Made by a program: the position numbers and the translations under genes. Source: an uncultured delta proteobacterium (lineage in GTDB: Bacteria; Desulfobacterota; RBG-13-43-22). From it: 64,000 nucleotides of DNA. The notes beneath the pieces are model-generated. The model ran no database searches. It had not been told where the DNA came from and saw only the letters and a program-made list of their open reading frames with translations. The stretch spans positions 6,159 through 70,158 of the forward strand of contig CAWIRY010000186.1 of assembly GCA_963838485.1 (NCBI GenBank). The letters are read 5' to 3'. How positions within the stretch are numbered: the first letter of the stretch is position 1; the number at the start of each line of letters is the position of its first letter. Of this stretch, positions 1 through 8,779 are shown piece by piece.

Positions 1-446
1 AACGAAGAGGGGCACCGGTCGAGGCCTATTTGCGCCTGGATGAAAAAGAAATCTGGGTCAGGTCCAATGTCTATACCCCGGATCATGTGGTGGTCTTGGA
101 TCATACCCTTTTACAAAATGTGGATGTGCTCCAGGGACTGAAACCTGGCGGATGGATTTTGATCAACGCCCCTGCCCCGCCCCCTGATCTCGGACGTTTT
201 TCGGGATTTCACCTGGCCTTTGTGGATGCCACCCGCATCGCCCTCCACCATCAGTTGGGTACCCGAACTCATCCTATCGCCAACACCGCCGTCTTGGGGG
301 CCTTCGCCCGGGTGCTGGGAATGCCTCCGCTGGAGGCCATTGTCCGGGCCATCGAAGAAGAAGTGCCGCGGAAAATTGAAGAGAACGTCCATGCGGCCGA
401 AGAGGCCTACGAAAGGGTGCAGACCGCAAGTGGAGAGAAACCATGA
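1..446 (+). CDS. 2-oxoacid:ferredoxin oxidoreductase gamma subunit, 5'-truncated by the window edge
   Basis: The reading frame of ORF 30..446 stays open back to base 3 (..GAPVEAYLRLDEKEI..), so the N-terminus lies outside the window. The sequence looks like the C-terminal half of PorG/KorC-type gamma subunits. Its stop overlaps the next start (ATGA at 443-446). OFOR alpha and beta subunits follow downstream. Confidence 0.8.
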   Translation, partial: RRGAPVEAYLRLDEKEIWVRSNVYTPDHVVVLDHTLLQNVDVLQGLKPGGWILINAPAPPPDLGRFSGFHLAFVDATRIALHHQLGTRTHPIANTAVLGAFARVLGMPPLEAIVRAIEEEVPRKIEENVHAAEEAYERVQTASGEKP

Positions 447-2197
447 CTGCCGAAACCAACCATTCCAAGCCAGTTTCTTTATTCATCCCCCAATCCTATC
501 TTTCCACTGAAGGCAACAAGACGGGTTCCTGGCGCTTTCTCAGACCCCGTTATGATGAAAAAACCGCCCCCTGCGGTGCCGCCTGTCCGGCCGGGGAAGA
601 TATCGGTCGCATCGAGATGCTCACCAGTCAGGGTCAGCTTAAAGAAGCCTGGGAAACGATTCTCCTGGAAAACCCTTTTCCGGGCGTCTGCGGACGGGTC
701 TGTTATCATCCCTGTGAAACGGTTTGTAACCGGGGACCTTTTGATGAAACCGTGGCTATTTCCGTCATCGAGCGCTTCCTGCCGGAAAATGCCGCCCGTT
801 ATAGTTTAAAGCCGACATGGCCACGAGAGGCTTCCAAAAAACAAAAGATCGCCGTCGTGGGCGCGGGTCCCAGCGGTCTGGCCGCTGCCTATTTTCTGAC
901 CTTACTGGGGTACTCCTGTGATGTCTTTGAGGCCATGCCCGAACCCGGAGGGGTGCTCCGCTGGGGGATTCCCAATTATCGTCTTCCCCTCCTCCCCTTA
1001 CGCCGGGAAATAGAGCAGATCATTCGGGTCGGGTTTGCCGTTCATTTGGGAAAGTCTCTGCCCCCGGGATTTCTGGAAGAAGCCCGGGGTCGATATGATG
1101 CGGTCTTTATAGGCTGCGGCCTTTCCCGTACCCCGAATCTGTCCATCCCCGGAGAAGACCTGGCAGGCGTGGAAGAAGGGTTGTCTTTCCTCAAGAAGGT
1201 CAATCAGGAAAATATTCCAGCCCTGGAGGGGCAAGTGGCTGTCCTGGGGGGCGGCAATACGGCCATCGATGTGGCCCGCTCGGTGATGCGGCTCGGGGGA
1301 AAGGCGGTCATTCTTTATCGCCGTCGGCGCCAGGATATGCCGGCCTTTGAAGAGGAAATTCAGATGGCCCTGGAGGAGGGTGTGGAATTACGGGAACTGT
1401 CGGCCCCGGTCCGCATCGACCCGGACGGTGAGGATTTTCTGCTCACCTGGCAGCAAATGCAGGTGGTTGATATGGATCCCCGGGGACGGGCCAGGGTCGC
1501 ACCTGTTTCGCAAAAAACCGAATCCCTCCGATGCACCCGGATCTTCAAGGCCGTCGGTCTTACGGCCTCGGAAGGATGGACTAATCCGCCAGTGCAGGGC
1601 CAGGACGTTTTATCCCTGACCAATACCGTCCTGGTAACACAGCCAAATGACGTGGTGAGGGTTTACGGCGGGGACCTGGCCGCGGCTATCAAGAGTGTGG
1701 TTCACGCCGTTGCCTCGGGCAAGGAAGCGGCCTTGGCCTTGGATATCCTTTTTCAAAAAGGGGGCCGGGCCGTCGAGTCCGAACTCAAGGCCTGTCAAGT
1801 GGGTAACGGTCCTTCCCTTTCTTTTGAAATAGTTCTAAAAGGACCCCGGTGCCGGCGGAGCCCCCATGTGGTTCACTATGAGGAAATCAATACCGACCAT
1901 TTCCAGTTCAGTCCCCGGATTGTCAAGCCCCGGCTGCTGAAAGAAGAACGGGTCCGGTCTTTTGCCGAAATCGACCTCAATATTTCAGCTAACCTGGCCA
2001 TGGGCGAGGCGAAACGGTGTTTTAATTGCGGGCTGTGCAACCAGTGCGACAACTGTCGCCTGTTTTGTCCGGACTTGTCGGTCATCCGGGAAGACACCCC
2101 CCAGGGACGCCGGATCGATTACGATTACTGTAAAGGCTGCGGCATCTGCGTGGTGGAATGTCCGCGCAATGCCATGGTACTGGAGGAAGAAATATGA
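443..2197 (+). CDS. GltD/NfnB-like NAD(P)H:flavin oxidoreductase fused to a C-terminal 2x[4Fe-4S] OFOR delta-type ferredoxin domain
   Basis: N-terminal Cys-rich region (CGAACPAGEDI..VCGRVCYHPCETVCNRG). FAD motif KIAVVGAGPSGLAAAYFL and a second dinucleotide motif VAVLGGGNTAIDVARS. The C-terminus carries CFNCGLCNQCDNCRLFCP and CKGCGICVVECP. Translationally coupled to the gamma subunit. Confidence 0.8.
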   Translation: MTAETNHSKPVSLFIPQSYLSTEGNKTGSWRFLRPRYDEKTAPCGAACPAGEDIGRIEMLTSQGQLKEAWETILLENPFPGVCGRVCYHPCETVCNRGPFDETVAISVIERFLPENAARYSLKPTWPREASKKQKIAVVGAGPSGLAAAYFLTLLGYSCDVFEAMPEPGGVLRWGIPNYRLPLLPLRREIEQIIRVGFAVHLGKSLPPGFLEEARGRYDAVFIGCGLSRTPNLSIPGEDLAGVEEGLSFLKKVNQENIPALEGQVAVLGGGNTAIDVARSVMRLGGKAVILYRRRRQDMPAFEEEIQMALEEGVELRELSAPVRIDPDGEDFLLTWQQMQVVDMDPRGRARVAPVSQKTESLRCTRIFKAVGLTASEGWTNPPVQGQDVLSLTNTVLVTQPNDVVRVYGGDLAAAIKSVVHAVASGKEAALALDILFQKGGRAVESELKACQVGNGPSLSFEIVLKGPRCRRSPHVVHYEEINTDHFQFSPRIVKPRLLKEERVRSFAEIDLNISANLAMGEAKRCFNCGLCNQCDNCRLFCPDLSVIREDTPQGRRIDYDYCKGCGICVVECPRNAMVLEEEI

Positions 2198-2230
2198 TCG
2201 TCGAAGTATGTTATTAAGTTATCGTTGTAT

Positions 2231-2381
2231 TACAGCGACACTTTTTTCGTCATTCCCGAATGTCTTTATCGGGAATCCAGATTTTTCAAAAAAATAAGAG
2301 AATCAACTTCCCTGGATTCCGGCTTAAAGCATGCCGGAATGACGGATAAAGAAACGCGTTGGTAAAAAAATTCGCGTAGTA
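2231..2381. repeat. MITE-like palindromic intergenic repeat, family R1, copy A
   Basis: Inverted arms CGTCATTCCCGA..TCGGGAATCCAG (2248-2280) and CTGGATTCCGGC..GCCGGAATGACG (2312-2345), each itself a hairpin. The outer ends, tacagcgacactttttt and taaaaaaattcgcgtagta, are also inverted. Related copies sit at 18990-19099 and 61022-61182. Confidence 0.6.
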
Positions 2382-2458
2382 TTAGCCCAATAACCTAATG
2401 ATCGATAACTCAGAGACAAAAAGGTCCAATTTGTACGGGGTAGACTAAAGGAAAAATA

Positions 2459-3637
2459 ATGAAAAAGGTCTTGGAAGGAAGCCAGGCCGTTGCCGAGGCG
2501 GTGCGTTCGGCCCGGGTTGAGGTGATTTCAGCCTATCCCATAACACCTCAAACCCATATCGTCGAAAGGCTTTCGGATTTCTGTGCCGACGGCTCGCTCA
2601 AAGCCCGATTTTTGCGGGTGGAGAGCGAGCATTCCGCCCTGGCGGCCCTGATCGGGGCCGCCAGCACCGGGGCCCGTACCTTTACGGCCACCTCTTCCCA
2701 GGGGCTGGCCCTGATGCACGAATTACTGCACTGGGCCGCGGCGGCCAGACTGCCCATCGTCATGGCCGAGGTCAATCGGGCCCTGGCCCCGGGTTGGAAC
2801 ATCTGGGCCGATCAGACCGACAGCCTGGCCCAGAGGGACACCGGTTGGATGCAACTGTACTGTGAAACCGGGCAGGAGGTCCTGGATACCACCTTGCAGG
2901 CTTATTGCTTAGCCGAATCGGTCAATCTTCCGGTCATGGTCATCCTGGACGCCTTTTTTCTTTCCCATACCTATGAACCGGTGGATGTGCCGGACCAGGA
3001 AGCGGTGGACCGGTTTCTTCCTCCCTTTCAGCCCAAGTTTCAATTAGACACCCAAAACCCTTGTGCCCTCGGACAAATGGCCCCGCCGGCCGTTTACATG
3101 GAAATGCGCCACAGCCTCCAGATGGCCATGGAAGAAACCCTGGGCCGATTTTCTGAAATGGAAAATAGTTTTGAAAAAATCTTCGGCCGCAGGTATGGGC
3201 CCGTGGAACCGATGGAATGTGAGGATGCCGAAATCATCCTGGTCACTTCGGGAACCATAACCAGTACGGGCCGGCAGTTTCTTCAGGATCGACGCCTCCA
3301 AGGTGAAAAAGCAGGCCTGCTCAAGGTAAAGATGTTTCGGCCTTTCCCCTATGAATTAATCCGACGGCATCTTGGGGCGGCTAAAAAGGTCGCTGTCATC
3401 GACCGGAATTTTTCTTTTGGGGCCAGCGGCATTTTTGCCCAGGAAATACGGGCCGCTCTTTGTAGTCTCCCCCAACGGCCTATAGTCTTTGGGTATATTG
3501 CCGGCCTTGGGGGGCGGGATGTGACCCTGAGCACCCTGGAAGAAATTTACCGAAACACAAAAGAAGAGGATTCCCCCTCTCAGGAAAGCCTTTGGGTGGG
3601 GCTTCACGAGGTGAGTCATGACAATGGACCTTCCTGA
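2459..3637 (+). CDS. 2-oxoacid:ferredoxin oxidoreductase alpha subunit (PorA/VorA/KorA type)
   Basis: 392-aa ORF with an RBS (aagga) before the ATG. The N-terminus MKKVLEGSQAVAEAVRSARVEVISAYPITPQT is typical of OFOR alpha subunits. Its 3' end overlaps the beta subunit gene. Confidence 0.85.
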   Translation: MKKVLEGSQAVAEAVRSARVEVISAYPITPQTHIVERLSDFCADGSLKARFLRVESEHSALAALIGAASTGARTFTATSSQGLALMHELLHWAAAARLPIVMAEVNRALAPGWNIWADQTDSLAQRDTGWMQLYCETGQEVLDTTLQAYCLAESVNLPVMVILDAFFLSHTYEPVDVPDQEAVDRFLPPFQPKFQLDTQNPCALGQMAPPAVYMEMRHSLQMAMEETLGRFSEMENSFEKIFGRRYGPVEPMECEDAEIILVTSGTITSTGRQFLQDRRLQGEKAGLLKVKMFRPFPYELIRRHLGAAKKVAVIDRNFSFGASGIFAQEIRAALCSLPQRPIVFGYIAGLGGRDVTLSTLEEIYRNTKEEDSPSQESLWVGLHEVSHDNGPS

Positions 3638-4502
3638 TCTTGAAACCATGTCCTCCGGACATGTGGGCTGCCCCGGCTGCGGGGCGGCCATAGCCATGAA
3701 ATTTGTTTTAAAGGCCCTGGGCGAAAAGACCATGATGGTCCTGCCGGCTTGCTGCTGGTCCATCATTGCCGGGGCCTATCCGCAATCGTCCTTACGAATT
3801 CCGCTGATCCACAGCGCCTTTGAAACCGGAGGCGCCGTGGCCAGCGGTGTGCGAGCGGCCTTGGATATGAAAGGCGATACGGAGACAACCGTCCTGACCT
3901 GGGCCGGAGACGGCGGGACCTTTGACATCGGCTTTCAGGCCCTGAGCGGCGCCGTAGAGCGGAATGAAGATTTCATCTATGTCTGTTATGACAACGAGGC
4001 CTATATGAATACCGGGGTCCAGCGGAGCTCTTCAACCCCTTACGGGGCCTGGACCACCACCACTCCGGGTTCGGATTGGAAAAAGATGCGCAAGAAAAAT
4101 ATCGTCGAGGCCCTGGTGGCCCACCGTATTCCTTATGCCGCCACGGCCAGCATCGCCTTTCCAGAAGACCTGGTCTACAAAGTGAAAAAGGCCAAATGGA
4201 TCAAGGGTTCCCGGTTTCTGCACATCTTTTCCAGTTGCCCCACGGGCTGGGGGCTCCCTTCGGAGTTGTCGGTCAAGATCGCCCGAATGGCCGTCCAAAC
4301 CAATATATTCCCCCTCTATGAAGTGGAAGACGGCCTTCGCTATACGATCAACTATATGTCCAAAGGCTATCTGGTCCGGGAGTACTTCAAACTCCAGGGC
4401 CGGTTCAAGCACCTGACCGAGGAGGACCTGGATCAGATCCAGGAAATGGTCAACGAGGACTGGGAGCTTTTGTTGCGTAAAGCCGGCCTATTTCAGACTT
4501 GA
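3618..4502 (+). CDS. 2-oxoacid:ferredoxin oxidoreductase beta subunit (TPP/[4Fe-4S]-binding)
   Basis: GHVGCPGCGAAIA cluster motif and a GDGGTFDIG..CYDNEAYMNTG TPP-binding signature. Overlaps the alpha gene by 20 nt. Confidence 0.85.
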   Translation: MTMDLPDLETMSSGHVGCPGCGAAIAMKFVLKALGEKTMMVLPACCWSIIAGAYPQSSLRIPLIHSAFETGGAVASGVRAALDMKGDTETTVLTWAGDGGTFDIGFQALSGAVERNEDFIYVCYDNEAYMNTGVQRSSSTPYGAWTTTTPGSDWKKMRKKNIVEALVAHRIPYAATASIAFPEDLVYKVKKAKWIKGSRFLHIFSSCPTGWGLPSELSVKIARMAVQTNIFPLYEVEDGLRYTINYMSKGYLVREYFKLQGRFKHLTEEDLDQIQEMVNEDWELLLRKAGLFQT

Positions 4503-4557
4503 TCCCTTAGATGGGAATAAACGAAAGATAGAGGGAACACAAGATAGTGAGGCGCCC

Positions 4558-5388
4558 TTGTTAAAGGCAAAGCGTAGCCTCCGCATCGGGCATGGCCTGC
4601 CCATATTCATCATGGCAATGATTTTTCCCATGATGTTCGGGCCATTGGCGGCCTGGGCCGGCCCTCCTTTCTTTACGGATGATCCGGAGCCTGTCGACTA
4701 TAAGCATGGGGAATTTTATGTGGCCTCCCAATATATACACGCCCGTGATGGAAAAGCAGCTACCTTGCCGCACTTTGAATTTAATTATGGGCCTCTTCCT
4801 AATGTAATGCTCCATGTGATCACTCCTTTTCAGTATGTAAAACCAGAGGGTGAATCCTCTCAATACGGTTATGGCGATACCGAATTCGGCATCAAACTCC
4901 GTTTCATCCAGGAAACCGAATATATCCCTATGGTGGGCACCTTTGCTTTAACAGAATTCCCCACTGGCGACAGCGATAAGGGATTGGGGAACGGCCAGGC
5001 CCAGTACTTTCTACCCCTCTGGTTTCAAAAGAGTTGGGGGCCCTGGACCACTTATGGGGGAGGCGGGTATTGGATTAATCAAGGAGAGGGGAATAAGAAC
5101 TGGTGGTTTACCGGTTGGCTGTTGCAACGGGAGATTACCAAACAACTCACTTTGGGGGGCGAGATCTTCCACAGAACGATCAGCCATGAAGGCGGTGAAG
5201 AAAGTACCGGATTTCAACTGGGGGCCATCATAAATCTTACTGAAAATCATCATATCTTGATGTCCGCCGGCCGGGACTTTGACGGTCCCAACCTTTTCAC
5301 CGCTTATTTGGCCTATCAATTTACCTTTGGTTTTGGATCGAAGGAACAAAAAACCAGCTTCAATTTTAGATCAAACAATCGGTTTTAA
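4558..5388 (+). CDS. Outer-membrane beta-barrel protein of the 'MetA-pathway of phenol degradation'-like transporter family
   Basis: TTG start preceded by gtgagg. Signal-peptide-like N-terminus (..FGPLAAWA/GPPFFTDDPEP). Alternating aromatic/Gly beta-strand pattern and a C-terminal ..AYLAYQFTFGF. The family assignment is from memory of the pattern. Confidence 0.55.
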   Translation: MLKAKRSLRIGHGLPIFIMAMIFPMMFGPLAAWAGPPFFTDDPEPVDYKHGEFYVASQYIHARDGKAATLPHFEFNYGPLPNVMLHVITPFQYVKPEGESSQYGYGDTEFGIKLRFIQETEYIPMVGTFALTEFPTGDSDKGLGNGQAQYFLPLWFQKSWGPWTTYGGGGYWINQGEGNKNWWFTGWLLQREITKQLTLGGEIFHRTISHEGGEESTGFQLGAIINLTENHHILMSAGRDFDGPNLFTAYLAYQFTFGFGSKEQKTSFNFRSNNRF

Positions 5389-5624
5389 TGAAAAAAGTTG
5401 ATCCAAAGAGGCTTTTTTTAAGGTCATTGCAGACTTGGCTGTTAGAGGAATGAATATCGTATATCCCCAACAGCTTCTATCCATATAAGAGCAATAATAG
5501 CATTAAACTCAGGTAAAATTGCGATCGGCGGGAGAGAAAGAATTCCGAACAACCGCAAATCCTGGATCCGGTTTTGGTTCCTGGTCTGGCCATCGTGACG
5601 ATGACTCGCCTAAGGTCATCAGAA

Positions 5625-6935
5625 ATGGGGGGTGACATGAACGCTTCGAACCAGAACGGGTATCTTGTTTCCAAAGGCTATGCCTGGTATGTTTTTTCTA
5701 TCCTTTTTATGCTCCAACTCTTTGACTTCATGGACCGGACCGTCATCGCCTCCTTGTATCCCTATCTAAAAAAAGCCTGGGCTCTTTCCGATGCGCAATG
5801 CGGCGCCCTGTCGGCCACGGTGAGCTGGTCCATTACCGTTTTCGCCGTCCCGGCTGCCGTTCTGGCTGACCGATGGAGCCGGAGAAAAACCGTGGGGCTC
5901 ATGGCGACCATTTGGAGCCTGGCCACATTGGCCTGCGCCTTCACCAAAAATTACAGCCAACTGATTGTCGCCCGGACCGCCATCGGCACGGGAGAGGCAG
6001 GCTACGTCCCTGCGGGAAATGCCATCATTTCGGCCTTGTTCCCGCCCCGGCTGAGGGCCACTCTGATCGGTCTGTTCATGGGGGCCGTCGCCATCGGGTC
6101 TGCTGCCGGGGTGGTTGTAGGGGGCTTTATTGCAGTACACTACGGGTGGCGTCACGCCTTCGGCATCGTCGGAATACCCGGCCTCTTCTTCGCTATTCTG
6201 TTCTTTTTTACCCGGGACTACCGGACTGTGGACCTGACTGTTAGAAAGACCAAAAACGATGGGTCCATTACCCACCTTAAGATGCTCCGCCAAGAAATTT
6301 GGAAAAACGTCATCGGCAAACCCAGTCTGTTAGCCATTTATTTCGGTCAGGCGGCCGGGTTCGTCTTTCTGGGAGCCATTGGGTCCTGGCTGCCCAGCTA
6401 CTTTATTCGAATTCACCATCTCCCGCCGGACCGAGCTTCCGCGGAGGCCGGGCTCATTCTGGTTCTGGTCATTATCGGCAATTATTTCGGAGGAATGATC
6501 GCCGACTGGATAGTGGCCCGGGGGAAGATCAACGCCAGACCCCTGGTAGCCGCCTGTCTCCAGTTAGCCAACTTTCTGGTCTTTTTTTCCGCCTTTGCCC
6601 TGGTCCGCGGCCCGGCCCAGTTCCTTTTGTTCTTGCTGGGCGGGGTGATTATGGGCAGTTACAACGGTCCGATCTATTCGGCCGTTACCGAAGAGGTCCA
6701 CGTCGGACTGCGTTCCACAGCCATCTCGGTCATGACCCTGTTTCAGAACGTGTTGGGATTTGCCATGGGGCCTATCCTGGCCGGCCTGATCTCAGACCGA
6801 TATGGTCTGGAGCCGGCCATGATCGTCATTGCCTGCGCACCGGCCTTGTCCGGAATCCTGTATTTCGTCGCCGCATCGTTCTATACCCGGGATGCGGCCG
6901 ATGTGGAAAAGGTGGAAATACACATGGAGAATTAA
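5625..6935 (+). CDS. MFS transporter
   Basis: About 12 hydrophobic segments and the MFS loop motif ADRWSRRKT. The ORF opens at 5574. The in-frame ATGs at 5625 and 5637 are more plausible starts, so the start is uncertain. Confidence 0.8.
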   Translation: MGGDMNASNQNGYLVSKGYAWYVFSILFMLQLFDFMDRTVIASLYPYLKKAWALSDAQCGALSATVSWSITVFAVPAAVLADRWSRRKTVGLMATIWSLATLACAFTKNYSQLIVARTAIGTGEAGYVPAGNAIISALFPPRLRATLIGLFMGAVAIGSAAGVVVGGFIAVHYGWRHAFGIVGIPGLFFAILFFFTRDYRTVDLTVRKTKNDGSITHLKMLRQEIWKNVIGKPSLLAIYFGQAAGFVFLGAIGSWLPSYFIRIHHLPPDRASAEAGLILVLVIIGNYFGGMIADWIVARGKINARPLVAACLQLANFLVFFSAFALVRGPAQFLLFLLGGVIMGSYNGPIYSAVTEEVHVGLRSTAISVMTLFQNVLGFAMGPILAGLISDRYGLEPAMIVIACAPALSGILYFVAASFYTRDAADVEKVEIHMEN

Positions 6936-6948
6936 CCCTATTGCTTTA

Positions 6949-7168
6949 TTATTAACCGTCTCATTCTATAGCTACTCGGTGGGGTAGCATTTTCTTCCGC
7001 CGGGGTGCCCCCAAGGGGCATGAGGGCTTAGTACGAAAATAGGGTTCGAGGATTCCAGGATTCGAGGGTTCAAGGGTTTTAACTTCCACGCCTTTCACTT
7101 GAATCCCTGACCCCTCGGCCCCTTGAACCCTTTTTCATTTTTCGTTGTGCCCGCTCCGAGCGGGGCAT
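6949..7168. repeat. Mosaic of short palindromic intergenic repeats (families R2, R3 and the TTATTAACCGTCT motif)
   Basis: TTATTAACCGTCTCAT (6949-6964) recurs at 53614 and, inverted, at 53707. The hairpin GTGCCCCCaaGGGGCAT+GAGGG (7005-7025) and its inverted partner GTGCCCGCtccgaGCGGGGCAT (7147-7168) resemble 53588-53608 and 60827-60858. The central core GGGTTTTAACTTCCAYGCCTTTCACTTGAATCC (7072-7106) recurs inverted at 23452-23486. Confidence 0.55.
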
Positions 7169-7212
7169 GTGAATTAATATGTATTGACTTTCATATCCAA
7201 AGGAGAGCGCTT

Positions 7213-8733
7213 ATGAGCAAAATCAAGAATGTGGTCATGTTGATGACCGATAGCTGGCAGTATAACTATACCGGCTGCTATGGAAACGATTGGATCAGGA
7301 CGCCGAACGTCGATGCCCTGGCCCGGGAGGGCACCGTGTTTGAAAATGCCTATGCGGAAGGGTTGCAGACCATCCCGGTCCGACGATCCCTGGCCACCGG
7401 CCGCTTCACCCTGCCCTTCGCCGGTTGGGTCAATCTGACCCCCCAGGAGACGTCCGTGGCCGACATCTGCTATCGCAACCACGTCCAATCCGCCCTCATT
7501 GCCGATTGTCCCATGCTGCATCTGGAAAAGTACGTCTACTCCCGCGGCTTCGATTACGTCCACTTCATCCGCGGACAGGAAGGGGACCATTTCTACGGCA
7601 ATGACCCCATCCGTCACGTCGATCCTCTGGACTTCCATAAACCGGTCTGCGATCTCGGCGCCACGACGGAAAGTGCCATCAGCCAGCTGACCCTCAAGGA
7701 ACTGAAGGGTTACCTGGCCCAACGACAGTTCTGGAAGACCGACAGGGACCAGCACGGGGCCCATACCTGCCGGGCGACCATCGATTATCTCGAGAGGGTC
7801 GTGGACAGGAGTAAACCATTTTTCCTCTGGGTGGATTTCTTCGATCCCCACGAGCCCTGGGACCCGCCGTCCGTCTACGATAGAGATCAAAAATGTCCCT
7901 ATAACCCGGATTATAAGGGCAAGAACCTGATTCTGCCCGTGCCCACGCCGTTGCACGAGGGCACGTACACCGAGGAGGAACTACATCACATCCGCATGCT
8001 TTTCGCCGAGAAAACCACCATGACCGACAAGTGGATCGGGGTGCTGCTCAACCGGATGAGGGAACTCGGATTGTTCGATAACACGATGATCATCTGGCTG
8101 TCCGACCACGGCGAACCCTTGGGTCACAAGGAGCACGGCCACGGGATCATGCGCAAATGCCGGCCCTGGCCTTACGAGGAACTGGTCCACGTGCCTATGG
8201 TCATCCGTCATCCCGACATCGAACCGCAACGGATCTCCTCCTTCATTCAGAACACCGACCTGACGTCGACGATTCTGGACTTCCTGGGCGTCAAGGACCC
8301 AGTGGCGGAAAAGGAGATGCAGGGCCGGAGCCTGCTGCCCCTCATAAACGGGGACGTCAAGAGGGTTCGGGACTTCGCTATCGCCGGCTACCACAACCTT
8401 TCCTGGAGCCTCTATACCGAGGATTGGTCTTACATTCACTGGCTCCATGAAGGGGAGTACAAGAACAGCCCTGAAGCGGCGATCGGGTTCTATGGGGATC
8501 TGATCAAGCAGATGGTTCCCGATATCTACCAACTGGGGCTAAAGCTGAGTCAGGAAGACCACATCTGGTCGTGCACGCCGGGCGCCAGGGCGGAGACGCC
8601 GACCGGTGACGAACTCTATTATCGAAAGAAAGACCCCTTCCAGTTGGAAAATGTGATCGGCGATGAGGGAAAAGTCGCCAACGATCTCTGGTTGCAACTT
8701 CGGGACACCCTGTTGGGGCTGAAGGTCAGTTAA
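7213..8733 (+). CDS. Sulfatase-family (alkaline-phosphatase superfamily) hydrolase with Thr at the nucleophile position
   Basis: ATG at 7213 preceded by aaggag. The N-terminus VVMLMTDSWQYNYTGCYGN..TPNVDALAREG..NAY matches the sulfatase fold. The signature reads LQ-T-IPVRRSLATGR where C/S-xPxR is expected (Thr codon at 7369-7371). No signal peptide. Confidence 0.75.
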   Translation: MSKIKNVVMLMTDSWQYNYTGCYGNDWIRTPNVDALAREGTVFENAYAEGLQTIPVRRSLATGRFTLPFAGWVNLTPQETSVADICYRNHVQSALIADCPMLHLEKYVYSRGFDYVHFIRGQEGDHFYGNDPIRHVDPLDFHKPVCDLGATTESAISQLTLKELKGYLAQRQFWKTDRDQHGAHTCRATIDYLERVVDRSKPFFLWVDFFDPHEPWDPPSVYDRDQKCPYNPDYKGKNLILPVPTPLHEGTYTEEELHHIRMLFAEKTTMTDKWIGVLLNRMRELGLFDNTMIIWLSDHGEPLGHKEHGHGIMRKCRPWPYEELVHVPMVIRHPDIEPQRISSFIQNTDLTSTILDFLGVKDPVAEKEMQGRSLLPLINGDVKRVRDFAIAGYHNLSWSLYTEDWSYIHWLHEGEYKNSPEAAIGFYGDLIKQMVPDIYQLGLKLSQEDHIWSCTPGARAETPTGDELYYRKKDPFQLENVIGDEGKVANDLWLQLRDTLLGLKVS

Positions 8734-8779
8734 CCAATAACGAATACCTCCGTTTTTAGGTTATAGAAAGGAAAGAATC

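Noticed and set aside
6299-6955. A 218-aa alternative-frame ORF overlapping the 3' half of the MFS gene.
   Set aside because: It is on the same strand in a +1 frame inside a clear 12-TM transporter. Its Arg/Gly/Pro-rich translation is typical of an off-frame reading.
7174-7956. Long antisense ORFs opposite well-supported genes. Examples: 7174..7956, 9602..10327, 5766..6293, 41077..42036, 47352..48107, 45077..45670, 56453..56977, 58604..59119 and 62933..63460.
   Set aside because: They are shadow ORFs. Each lies fully inside a gene with strong family motifs on the other strand. They have Arg/Gly/Pro-rich low-complexity translations, no RBS and no recognisable domains.
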